Below, piece after piece: positions 40,301-47,702 of a stretch of 64,000 nt of DNA. Position numbers and translations under genes: made by a program. A model generated the notes under the pieces. It did no database searches. It worked only from the letters and a program-made list of their open reading frames with translations, and was not told the DNA's origin. This DNA comes from Bacilli bacterium. Its GTDB lineage: Bacteria; Bacillota_I; Bacilli_A; RF39; UBA660. The first letter of the stretch is position 1, and every line of letters starts with the position of its first letter. Location: positions 3,063 through 67,062 of the forward strand of contig JAFUAL010000029.1 of assembly GCA_017460745.1 (NCBI GenBank). The letters run 5' to 3'.

Positions 40301-41922
40301 AATGTCATTTAAGTTTATTTAATGATGACGATGGTACACCTTTATCGATTAATTATTCAGCATCAGGATATGACTTACCAGATAAAGTTTGTCCTAATTG
40401 TAAAGAGTCTATGTCTAAAGAGGGACAAGATATGCCATTTGCTACTTTCTTAGGTTTTAATGCGGATAAGGTTCCTGACATTGACCTTAACTTTTCAGGA
40501 GATAATCAAGCATCAGCTCATGCCTATACTAAAGTAATATTTGGTGAAGATAATGTTTATCGTGCTGGTACTATTGGTACAGTTGCTGAAAAAACGGCCT
40601 TTGGTTTTGTTCGAGGCTACTTTGAGAAAAAAGGAATAGTTGATGCTCATACTGCTGAAATTGAACGACTTGCTATAGGATGTACCGGAGTAAAAAGAAC
40701 AACAGGACAACATCCAGGAGGAATTGTTGTTATTCCGTCCTACATGGATGTCTATGATTTTACACCTTTTCAGTATCCAGCCGATGATGTAACTTCTGTT
40801 TGGCGTACGACGCACTTTGATTATCATGCAATTGATCAAGATGTTTTAAAACTTGATATACTAGGACACGATGATCCGACGATTTTAAGAATGCTCCAGG
40901 ATTTATCAGGAATTGATGTTACAACTCTTCCAATAAATGATGAGAAAGTACTTAGTTTATTATCTTCCCCTGATGCATTAGGTGTTACAAGTGAAGCAAT
41001 TAAATGTGAAATAGGTACTCTGGGACTTCCTGAAATGGGAACTAACTTTGTTATCAATATGTTAATTAAAGCAAAACCAAAGACTTTCGGTGAACTTGTA
41101 AAAATATCTGGACTTTCACATGGTACGGATGTATGGAATGGAAATGCTGAAGATTTAATAGATAATCATATATGTGAGTTTAAGGAAGTAATTGGATGTC
41201 GTGATGATATAATGGTATATTTGAAAAATCATGGTTTAAAACCAAAAGATGCTTTTAAAATCATGGAATTTGTTCGAAAAGGAAAAGCCAAGAAAGAACC
41301 TGAAGCATGGCTATCTTGGAAAAAAGTTATGGAAGAGAATAACATACCAGATTGGTATATTGAGTCTTGTCATAAAATACAATACATGTTCCCTAAAGCT
41401 CATGCCTGTGCCTATGTTATGAGTGCTATGCGTATTGCTTGGTTTAAAGTTTATCAACCACTTAATTACTATGCAACTTTCTTTTCTATTCGTGTCGTGG
41501 ACTTTGATATTGATACAATGATTAAAGGATATGATGCCATTAAACTTCGAATTGAAGATTTAGAAAATAAAGGTCGTGAAATGAGTAAAAAAGAAGGAGA
41601 TATTTTAGAATCTTTAAAAATTGCACTTGAGGCAACAGCTCGTGGAATTAAATTTTCAAACATTGATTTAAATAAATCGGATGCTATAAAGTTTACTAAA
41701 TCAGAAAAAGAGGAAAATACTTTAATTCCTCCATTTAGATCAATTGATGGACTAGGTGATACCGTTGGGAAAACAATATGTGAAGAAAGAAGTAAACGTG
41801 AATTTTTAAGTATTGAAGATTTACAAAAACGTGGTAAAGTATCTACAACTTTAATTGATAAATTAAAAGTTATGAAAGTTTTAGAAGGACTTCCTGAGTC
41901 TAATCAATTATCATTATTTTAA
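37309..41922 (+). CDS. polC: DNA polymerase III, PolC type
   Basis: 1537 aa. PHP domain (VELHSHTMMSAMDG), DEDDh exonuclease insert (VVFDLETTGF.., HNAKFDTSF, HHRGDYDA), zinc module CKKCH..CPNC and polymerase core. Confidence 0.95.
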   Translation: MKDEKLEKLLQMIHMAPDEFLSAILDKIIVSKQNNLIKIYLTLDSMIRLDTYIELNNKLKEYFNSNILIYIENTKDKSLYLSDYYEHFLPKCISYFKDRLKVNGNNNNYIVIFNHGEENGIKLYLDEINMNLERVGYNKISVYLDLDARNDVLKQIQEETNNIDVSTLKVPNSSINYEKPKFEPRRKKITTVDDERAVFGNIIEGEFINLKNIVAEDNDLNVECEIFGVDVFESSKSNFKIITLKITDYTDSMYAKVFLNDSEELSRLLGILKNGKWFKFSGYTKHDQYSNDEIVFNVNAINVSDHKKDVIEDTAEVKRVELHSHTMMSAMDGVCGVSKHGVATIEQAIKWGHKALAITDHAGCQAFPNAYNMMLDYNKGKSPEEKFKVIYGTELTLVDDNVEVVKRGTDDVLLDLEYVVFDLETTGFNAAGGDSIIEIGAVKLKNGEITEKFDRLIKPPVPISERITNVTSITNEMVKDCGNEEDAVREFIEWSHGLPMVAHNAKFDTSFIEMCYKKYNLGEFNNTVIDTLALSRVLDRDATRHGLSNITKRYQVEFDEESHHRGDYDALATGLVFHKMMKKLEGLSVLKVSDLETLIDKNDIHKFGRTYHFNALVINKKGLKNLFKLVSLANTTHFYKTARVLRSEVESLREGLLIGSGCAESEVFVEARSKSDEELRDIIGFYDYVEVQPPEVYNHLIQMGDFKNNEELLDNIKKVIKMTKEAGKIIVATGDVHHVTREDKIYREIIINQKLPGGGLHPLARRDITSIPSQHFRTTNEMLEDFSFLDKDLAYEIVVTNTNMVADMIEDVEVIIDTGGIPFSPRIENSREDVYNMVFDKAHSMYGDPLPFNIEERISQELYGDRILSLVKNYIKKNNPDFSEEEIDKVFHKELHEIVKLGYDKVFELTRDELIEGLEDEKKKKDLEFLDKETKKQLGGIIGGGFDVIYLIAQKLVKHSNDEGYLVGSRGSVGSSFVATMMGITEVNPLPAHYLCKKCHLSLFNDDDGTPLSINYSASGYDLPDKVCPNCKESMSKEGQDMPFATFLGFNADKVPDIDLNFSGDNQASAHAYTKVIFGEDNVYRAGTIGTVAEKTAFGFVRGYFEKKGIVDAHTAEIERLAIGCTGVKRTTGQHPGGIVVIPSYMDVYDFTPFQYPADDVTSVWRTTHFDYHAIDQDVLKLDILGHDDPTILRMLQDLSGIDVTTLPINDEKVLSLLSSPDALGVTSEAIKCEIGTLGLPEMGTNFVINMLIKAKPKTFGELVKISGLSHGTDVWNGNAEDLIDNHICEFKEVIGCRDDIMVYLKNHGLKPKDAFKIMEFVRKGKAKKEPEAWLSWKKVMEENNIPDWYIESCHKIQYMFPKAHACAYVMSAMRIAWFKVYQPLNYYATFFSIRVVDFDIDTMIKGYDAIKLRIEDLENKGREMSKKEGDILESLKIALEATARGIKFSNIDLNKSDAIKFTKSEKEENTLIPPFRSIDGLGDTVGKTICEERSKREFLSIEDLQKRGKVSTTLIDKLKVMKVLEGLPESNQLSLF

Positions 41923-41942
41923 AAAAAGAAAGGTGAAATTTT

Positions 41943-43055
41943 ATGAAAAAAACACGTGAAAAAGTAGTGATTAGAACAAGTATAATAAGTATATTATCAA
42001 ATATAGTACTAGCAAGTTTTAAAGCTGGTGTTGGATTTCTTGCTAATTCTATAGCAATTATATCCGATGCTGTTAATAATTTAAGTGATGCCCTATCAAG
42101 CATTATAACCATAATAGGAACAAAATTAGCAGGACGTGCACCTGATAAAAAACATCCATATGGCTATGGAAGAATAGAATACATGACGTCTTTAATCGTA
42201 TCGTCTATCGTTTTATACGCAGGTGCAACTGCGTTTATCGAATCTATTAAAAAAATAATTCATCCTGAACTTGCTGATTATAGTACTACAACATTAATAA
42301 TTTTAATAGCTGGTATTTTAATTAAATTTATTTTAGGTATTTATGTTAAGAAAAAAGGTCATGATGTTAATTCAGATGCACTTGTTGCAAGTGGAACAGA
42401 TGCCTTAAATGATGGTATTTTATCTATTTCGGTTTTAGTATCAGCAATTATTTATATATTATTTCATATAAGTTTAGAAGCCTACGTTGGAGTACTATTA
42501 TCAGTTATTATAATTAAATCAGGTATTGAATTAATAAGAGAATCAATTGATAATGTGCTTGAAAGTAGAATCGAAAGTGGTTTATCTCGAAAGATAAAAA
42601 AAGAAGTTGCGAAAGAAAAAGAGGTTCAAGGTGTATTTGATTTAGTTTTAAATAACTATGGACCAGATAAATATTTAGGATCTGTTCATATTGAAGTTGC
42701 TGATACTTTAAGTGTTTCAGATGTAGATAAGATTTCTAGAAGAATTACTAAAAATGTTTCTGAGAAGTATGGAGTTATTTTACATACTATCGGGATATAC
42801 TCTGTTAATACTAAGGATGAACATGTTAAAAAAATAAGAAATGATATAACTAAAATAGTATTCTCTCATAAATCTATATTACAATTTCATGGATTTTACT
42901 TGGATGAAGAAGATAAAAGTATCAGTTTTGATATTATAATTGATTTTAAAGAAAAGAATAGAGAAGAAGTATATAAACAAATATATGATGAAGTAAAAGA
43001 AAAATATAAGGATTATAAAATTAGTATTACTTTAGATATTGATATGAGCGATTAA
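41943..43055 (+). CDS. cation diffusion facilitator (CDF) family transporter
   Basis: Six TM segments with ..AIISDAVNNLSDA.. and HPYGYGRIEY motifs plus a C-terminal cytoplasmic domain. Confidence 0.85.
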   Translation: MKKTREKVVIRTSIISILSNIVLASFKAGVGFLANSIAIISDAVNNLSDALSSIITIIGTKLAGRAPDKKHPYGYGRIEYMTSLIVSSIVLYAGATAFIESIKKIIHPELADYSTTTLIILIAGILIKFILGIYVKKKGHDVNSDALVASGTDALNDGILSISVLVSAIIYILFHISLEAYVGVLLSVIIIKSGIELIRESIDNVLESRIESGLSRKIKKEVAKEKEVQGVFDLVLNNYGPDKYLGSVHIEVADTLSVSDVDKISRRITKNVSEKYGVILHTIGIYSVNTKDEHVKKIRNDITKIVFSHKSILQFHGFYLDEEDKSISFDIIIDFKEKNREEVYKQIYDEVKEKYKDYKISITLDIDMSD

Positions 43056-43124
43056 TTTATAATATGTTTGAAATAGATAATTTTGTTTTTTGACAAGTGA
43101 GTGCTTTTATGATATTATGTATAT

Positions 43125-43243
43125 GTCAAGAGAGATTGGCATAAGATAAAAAAGGAACACTTAATTTGCAAGGTTGAGTGTTGCCATAAAGAATGGTAAT
43201 CACCTAACACATGTTTGATTTTGTTAGGTGATACTTTTATTTG
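43125..43243 (+). ncRNA. candidate antitoxin sRNA, copy 2 (ends predicted)
   Basis: 5' hairpin GGAACACT 43154-43161 / AGTGTTGCC 43177-43185. Terminator ATCACCTAACA 43199-43209 / TGTTAGGTGAT 43222-43232 followed by ACTTTTATTT. Confidence 0.6.
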
Positions 43244-43250
43244 TTAAGAT

Positions 43251-43325
43251 TTATTTATACAATAATCCGATTAATAAAAGGATAATGATAATCAAAAATA
43301 ATACTAAAAAGTCTCTCTTTGACAT
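43251..43325 (-). CDS. 24-aa hydrophobic toxin-like peptide MSKRDFLVLFLIIIILLLIGLLYK
   Basis: GGAGGA SD 8 nt before the ATG at 43325. The SD can pair in the hairpin CCUCUUUUC-UAU-GAAAGGAGG. Against copy 3 there are 6 synonymous and 4 conservative codon differences. Confidence 0.6.
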   Translation of the reverse strand: MSKRDFLVLFLIIIILLLIGLLYK

Positions 43326-43558
43326 ACTATCAGTCCTCCTTTCATAGAAAAGAGGCAATCACCCAACTAATTAAGCGTTCCAATAACAAAGTATCATAAA
43401 TGATTAAAATAGTCAAGTTGATTTGTGATATTTTTGTTTCTTGGTAGATTAAAAATTAACAGGTGTTTCAATGAGATATACAATTAAAAAATTTATATAA
43501 CTATGAAAAAAACAACTGGTTTATGTGAATTTATTTCATTTAAAACAGTTGCTTTTTA

Positions 43559-44344
43559 TTATTTTTTTTCTAAATAATCAATTAAGTAATAAAGAATAGT
43601 TGAAATTATTCCAAGTATAAAGACACTTGTAATTACTAAATTGATATTAAATACTTCACTTCCATACATGATTAAATAACCAAGCCCTTGCTTTGATACC
43701 AAAAGTTCTCCCATTATAACACCAATTAAATTCATACTAACATTTATTTTTAGAGTACTAATAATATTTTTAATATTAGATGGAATGATTACTTTTTTGT
43801 AAATATCAAATTTAGTTGCTTTCATGCTCAAAAGAAGTGTAATATAATTTGGATTTGTATTAATGAAAAATGTATACAAATTTATAATGGTGATAAATAA
43901 AGATATCATAAGGCTCATGAATATTATAGAATTTATACTTGCACCTATCCATATAATTATTAAAGGTCCAAGTGCAACTTTAGGAAGAGAATTAAGAATG
44001 GTTAAATATGGATCAAATACTTTTCTTAGAAATTCATTTTGAAACAGAATAGTTGAAATTAAGAATCCTAAACCAAAAGAAATAAGAGTACTTATTATAA
44101 TTTCATAAATAGTTGTTAAAACGTGATGAAAGAAGTTATTAGTCGTCACAAGTGAGAAAATTGTTTTTAATATGTTTTTAGGTGATGAGAAAAGGAATAT
44201 ATTAATAATTCCTAAGCTACTTAATAATTCCCAAGTAAAAAGTAAAGAAATAATAATAAATATTTGAGTTAAATAAACTTTTGTTTTGTCTTTTTTTAAT
44301 TTTTTTAGATATAGGATATGTTCAGTGCTATATATTTTCATCAA
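43559..44344 (-). CDS. ABC transporter permease (NitT/TauT-type binding-protein-dependent family)
   Basis: Six TM segments with an EAA-like loop (..LNSLPKVALGPLIIIW..). Overlaps the 3' end of the split ATPase gene by 17 nt. Confidence 0.8.
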   Translation of the reverse strand: MMKIYSTEHILYLKKLKKDKTKVYLTQIFIIISLLFTWELLSSLGIINIFLFSSPKNILKTIFSLVTTNNFFHHVLTTIYEIIISTLISFGLGFLISTILFQNEFLRKVFDPYLTILNSLPKVALGPLIIIWIGASINSIIFMSLMISLFITIINLYTFFINTNPNYITLLLSMKATKFDIYKKVIIPSNIKNIISTLKINVSMNLIGVIMGELLVSKQGLGYLIMYGSEVFNINLVITSVFILGIISTILYYLIDYLEKK

Positions 44345-44666
44345 TATCCCTCCATATCAAGTCATAGTAATAATTAAATTTTTCGTCTTTTCTATTTTCA
44401 GTTGGAATACTTGGTTTATTAAGTTTTATATCATATATCTTTTTGATAGTTGCTGGACGACGTGAAAGAACAATTACACGCGATGATATCGAAATTGATT
44501 CTGCAATGTCATGCGTAATTAATATAGCTGTTTTTCCTTCTTCTTTGATGATATTATATAAATCATCAGATAATTTTAATCTAGTTTGATAGTCAAGTGC
44601 ACTATAAGGTTCATCAAGAAGTAAGATATCAGGATTCATTGCAAGTGTTCTAATTAATGCTACTCT
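44328..44666 (-). pseudogene. 3' fragment of a split ABC-transporter ATPase gene
   Basis: Reads RVALIRTLAMNPDILLLDEPYSALD.. (the rest of the signature/Walker B/D-loop/H-loop ..ILITHD). It has no start of its own upstream of the junction at 44666/44667. Confidence 0.85.
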
Positions 44667-44745
44667 ATGAATATAATGAAGACACTTTTCTATTTTTCTT
44701 TAATTTTTAATGTTTTTTATTTCGTTTAACTTTATTTTAACAGAG

Positions 44746-45600
44746 TTATTTATTTTCTAGTTTTTTATTATCATCTTTATATTGATAATCTAGTGCATTT
44801 TCTTTTGAAATAGCAGATGTTTTTGTTTCTTCTTCATATACATCTCTTGCGCTTTTAGCGACTCTTCCACCACGAGCAGCAACTTTCATATTTTCACTTA
44901 ATCCTTGTGGACGCTCATTTTTAGCAATATCACGAGCAGCAATTTCGCCAATGTTAGTTAAAGCAATTTCAATATCGGTCATATTATCTCTTAATGATTC
45001 TTTTCTTATGCCTTTATATGCTTTATATTCACTTGCTTTCATTCCAGACCAACCTTTGTATATCTCGTTAGTAAGCATTGCATATTCAACAGGTTTTTTA
45101 ATGCCACCATCTTTCCATATATCAGTTAGTTTAAATCTATCAACAATACCATTTAATCTTTTCTTAATCCATTCATCACTATAACCTTTATTACGATAAT
45201 AATTTACTGCACGATTAATTGCTATTTCAGGATCAAAGACTTCATCAATTCTCTCGCTACCTAAACCTGCTAACCAAACTTTAAAAGGTTCAGCTTTGGG
45301 GGAAGGAACAGATTCAATTAATCTTAATATGCCTTTAGTATCTAAAACATCTGTTAAATAATTTTTTCCATCTTTTTGAGATTTTAATTTCAGTTGTCCC
45401 AATTTTGAGGACAACTGACTTCCTTCGTTGTCTAGTTTTGTTTTTAAAGCATTCCAATATTTTCTAGGTCTAGGACTTTCTGTTAATACACTAATAACAT
45501 CAACTACACTAAAGAAATAATCTTCTTTTTCACTATCCCAAACACTTCTGATTTCTTTACCTTCAAAGAGATTAGAAATTGTTTGTAGTTTATTATTCAT
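44746..45600 (-). CDS. BRO-N domain / DinD-like DNA-damage-inducible protein homolog
   Basis: N-terminal ..FEGKEIRSVWDSEKEDYFFSVVDVISVLTES.. (Bro-N-like) and a C-terminal DinD-like region. Confidence 0.6.
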   Translation of the reverse strand: MNNKLQTISNLFEGKEIRSVWDSEKEDYFFSVVDVISVLTESPRPRKYWNALKTKLDNEGSQLSSKLGQLKLKSQKDGKNYLTDVLDTKGILRLIESVPSPKAEPFKVWLAGLGSERIDEVFDPEIAINRAVNYYRNKGYSDEWIKKRLNGIVDRFKLTDIWKDGGIKKPVEYAMLTNEIYKGWSGMKASEYKAYKGIRKESLRDNMTDIEIALTNIGEIAARDIAKNERPQGLSENMKVAARGGRVAKSARDVYEEETKTSAISKENALDYQYKDDNKKLENK

Positions 45601-45647
45601 TCATTATCACATCCTTCCTTTTTAGATTTGGTTATGTAAGTAGGGGA

Positions 45648-47261
45648 TTATTCAAAATTCCATTTAATTTGAATATCCCTACTATTTGTTTCTTCATTTA
45701 ACTTTCCTATATAGATTTTATCAATAAATTCATCTACAATAACTCTGTTTAGTTCTTTAAGTTCTTGGTATTTACTAAATATCTTTTTATTATTCTTTGA
45801 AGATTCTTCTTTCATTTTGTAGTAAGCAATTTCATTATTAATTGATTTAATTTGATTACTATATTTTTCTTCATTTTGGTTGTAATCAGTTATTAAATCT
45901 TTAAATTGTTCGGCTGTGATAACACCATTAACTTTATCTTCATATAAACTTTTTAAATAATTTCTAGTTTTGGCAACTTCTTTTTCAACATCAGCTCGTT
46001 GTTTTTCTAATGATTTAATCTTACTACTAAATCTAGTTTTTTTCTTTTTAGAATCTAAATCATTTAATTCTTCTTCATCATAGAATTTTTTGATTTTCTT
46101 GTTAATTGCCTCCAAGACTAAATCAGCTAGTAAATCATACCTAATTGACGACTTATTAATGCAATCATCATATCCATCACGATTATTAGAACATACTAGA
46201 TATTCGTGTTTAGATGAGTTCTTTTTTCTCATATAATGTTTGCATTCAAGACAAAATACTTTACCAGAGAATATATGAACAACACCTGTTGCTTTCATAG
46301 GTTTAGTTCTTTCTTTCATAGCCACCTGAACTTTATTAAAAGTTTCTTCATCAATAATTGCTTCGTGAGTATTTTCAATTTTAATCCACTCACTTTTATC
46401 TTTGTGTTTAATTTTATGGTTTTTATAACTAACAGTAGTTCTTTTACCTTGAATTAAATGTCCTAAATATAATTCGTTCGTTAAAATCGTTTTAATGGCA
46501 TTTGTAGACCATTTTATATCTTCTCTAGGTCTATTACTAATTACATTTAATTTAATCCCTTTTCGGTATTTATATAGGGAAGGACAGGGTATATTTTTAC
46601 TATTTAGATATTTTGCTATACCTGTGAATCCTAATCCTGTTAGATATAAGTCAAATATATCTTTAACAATTTCGGCAGCTACTGGATCTACTACTAATTT
46701 ATTATTGTCTTCAGTAGATACTTCATAACCAAATGAGGCAAAAGGAGAAATAAATTCTCCTTGCTTCATTTTAGCATTGAAAGCACTCCTAATATTGTTA
46801 GATACATCTTCCAAATACCACTCATTAACAAGTCCATTTATTTGTCTTGATTTTTTATTACCTTTATTTGCAGTATCAGCATTATCAGCAAGACTTATAA
46901 ATCTTACTCCCCATTCAATAAACTTATTATGAAGATATTTTTCTATGATTTCCATATCTCTTGAAAATCTTGATTGACTTTTACATAGAACAACATCTAT
47001 TTTACCATTTTCACAATCTCTAATAAGTCTTTCAAATTCAGGTCTATAAGTTCCTGCACCTGATAAATCTTCATCACAATATTCATCTACTAATATAAAT
47101 TCAGGTCTTTTTTCAATTTCAGCCATAAGAAGATGTCTTTGATTTTTGATTGATTCACTATTATCTTCTTTATTTGCTTTGTCTCTATCTTCATCAGATA
47201 ATCTTTCGTAAATACCAACTCTTAATACTTTCTTACTCTCAACACTCTCCGTTTCATTCAT
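45648..47261 (-). CDS. large serine recombinase (integrase of the element)
   Basis: GGAGG SD before the ATG at 47261. Resolvase catalytic domain (RVGIYERLSDED..SIKNQ), recombinase domain, zinc-ribbon Cys cluster (CLECKH..CSNN..C) and a coiled-coil C-terminus. It is the terminal gene next to the element junction. Confidence 0.9.
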   Translation of the reverse strand: MNETESVESKKVLRVGIYERLSDEDRDKANKEDNSESIKNQRHLLMAEIEKRPEFILVDEYCDEDLSGAGTYRPEFERLIRDCENGKIDVVLCKSQSRFSRDMEIIEKYLHNKFIEWGVRFISLADNADTANKGNKKSRQINGLVNEWYLEDVSNNIRSAFNAKMKQGEFISPFASFGYEVSTEDNNKLVVDPVAAEIVKDIFDLYLTGLGFTGIAKYLNSKNIPCPSLYKYRKGIKLNVISNRPREDIKWSTNAIKTILTNELYLGHLIQGKRTTVSYKNHKIKHKDKSEWIKIENTHEAIIDEETFNKVQVAMKERTKPMKATGVVHIFSGKVFCLECKHYMRKKNSSKHEYLVCSNNRDGYDDCINKSSIRYDLLADLVLEAINKKIKKFYDEEELNDLDSKKKKTRFSSKIKSLEKQRADVEKEVAKTRNYLKSLYEDKVNGVITAEQFKDLITDYNQNEEKYSNQIKSINNEIAYYKMKEESSKNNKKIFSKYQELKELNRVIVDEFIDKIYIGKLNEETNSRDIQIKWNFE

Positions 47262-47332
47262 AACTATTACCTCCAATACAAAGGCAATAATTAAAGTTAA
47301 AGTTAAACTTATAACCAATACTATTATAACAT

Positions 47333-47458
47333 TTATTTTGCAGTATTAACATTAAACTCCATCAATTCTATAATATTATATAGTTTTTTATTAATTATTT
47401 CTTTTAATTTAGTATCGGTTAATTTTTCATCTACAATATCAATAATATTGTATTGCAT
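47333..47458 (-). CDS. 41-aa hypothetical protein upstream of the recombinase gene
   Basis: AAAGGGG SD, then ATG at 47458. MQYNIIDIVDEKLTDTKLKEIINKKLYNIIELMEFNVNTAK. A further 18-codon ORF with a GGAGG SD lies at 47480-47536. Confidence 0.35.
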   Translation of the reverse strand: MQYNIIDIVDEKLTDTKLKEIINKKLYNIIELMEFNVNTAK

Positions 47459-47702
47459 TTAATTTACCCCTTTCGCATATTAAGTTTGAGAGATAAAAAG
47501 ACGCTTGTAATCATTAATTTGTTTATTTTTTCTCATATTATCAATCCTCCAATCACTACTTAATTTAAAATAATATTTTTTGGTACATTTTATTATAAAA
47601 AGGTTATTATAATTTTAAAGGTTAGTTTCTATCATTTATATAAATTTAATTTGTTTTTGGTTACAAAGTCTTTTTGTTAAAATATTAAGAGTTAGATACA
47701 AC

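Larger units (their letters stand above)
43090..43416. other. type I toxin-antitoxin-like convergent module, copy 2 (best preserved)
   Basis: Plus-strand promoter: TTGACA 43090-43095, 17 nt, TGaTATTAT (-10 at 43113-43118). Minus-strand promoter: TTGACT 43416-43411, 17 nt, TGaTACTTT (-10 at 43393-43388). A shared hairpin lies between the two units. Confidence 0.75.

Noticed and set aside
38122-41663. Five minus-strand ORFs inside polC (38122-38367, 38436-38711, 40513-40839, 40836-41057, 41469-41663)
   Set aside because: All are antisense to the 1537-aa polC frame, which has unambiguous PHP, exonuclease and polymerase motifs.
41900-42112. ORF 41900-42112 (-)
   Set aside because: It is antisense across the polC stop and the CDF transporter start, with no signals.
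43125-43150. Mini-ORFs at the 5' end of the predicted sRNAs (ATG TCA AGA GAG ATT GGC ATA AGA TAA in copy 2; MSNGFDVK in copy 1)
   Set aside because: They have no SD, and copy 3 has no ATG at the equivalent position. The peptide sequence is not conserved between copies.
44951-46728. Plus-strand ORFs 44951-45184, 46236-46457 and 46495-46728
   Set aside because: They are antisense within the BRO-N/DinD-like and serine recombinase genes.
47318-47319. Upstream extension of the recombinase ORF (MVISLTLTLIIAFVLEVIV..., track start 47318)
   Set aside because: The extension is hydrophobic and has no SD. The internal ATG at 47261 is preceded by GGAGG at proper spacing and begins the conserved resolvase domain.
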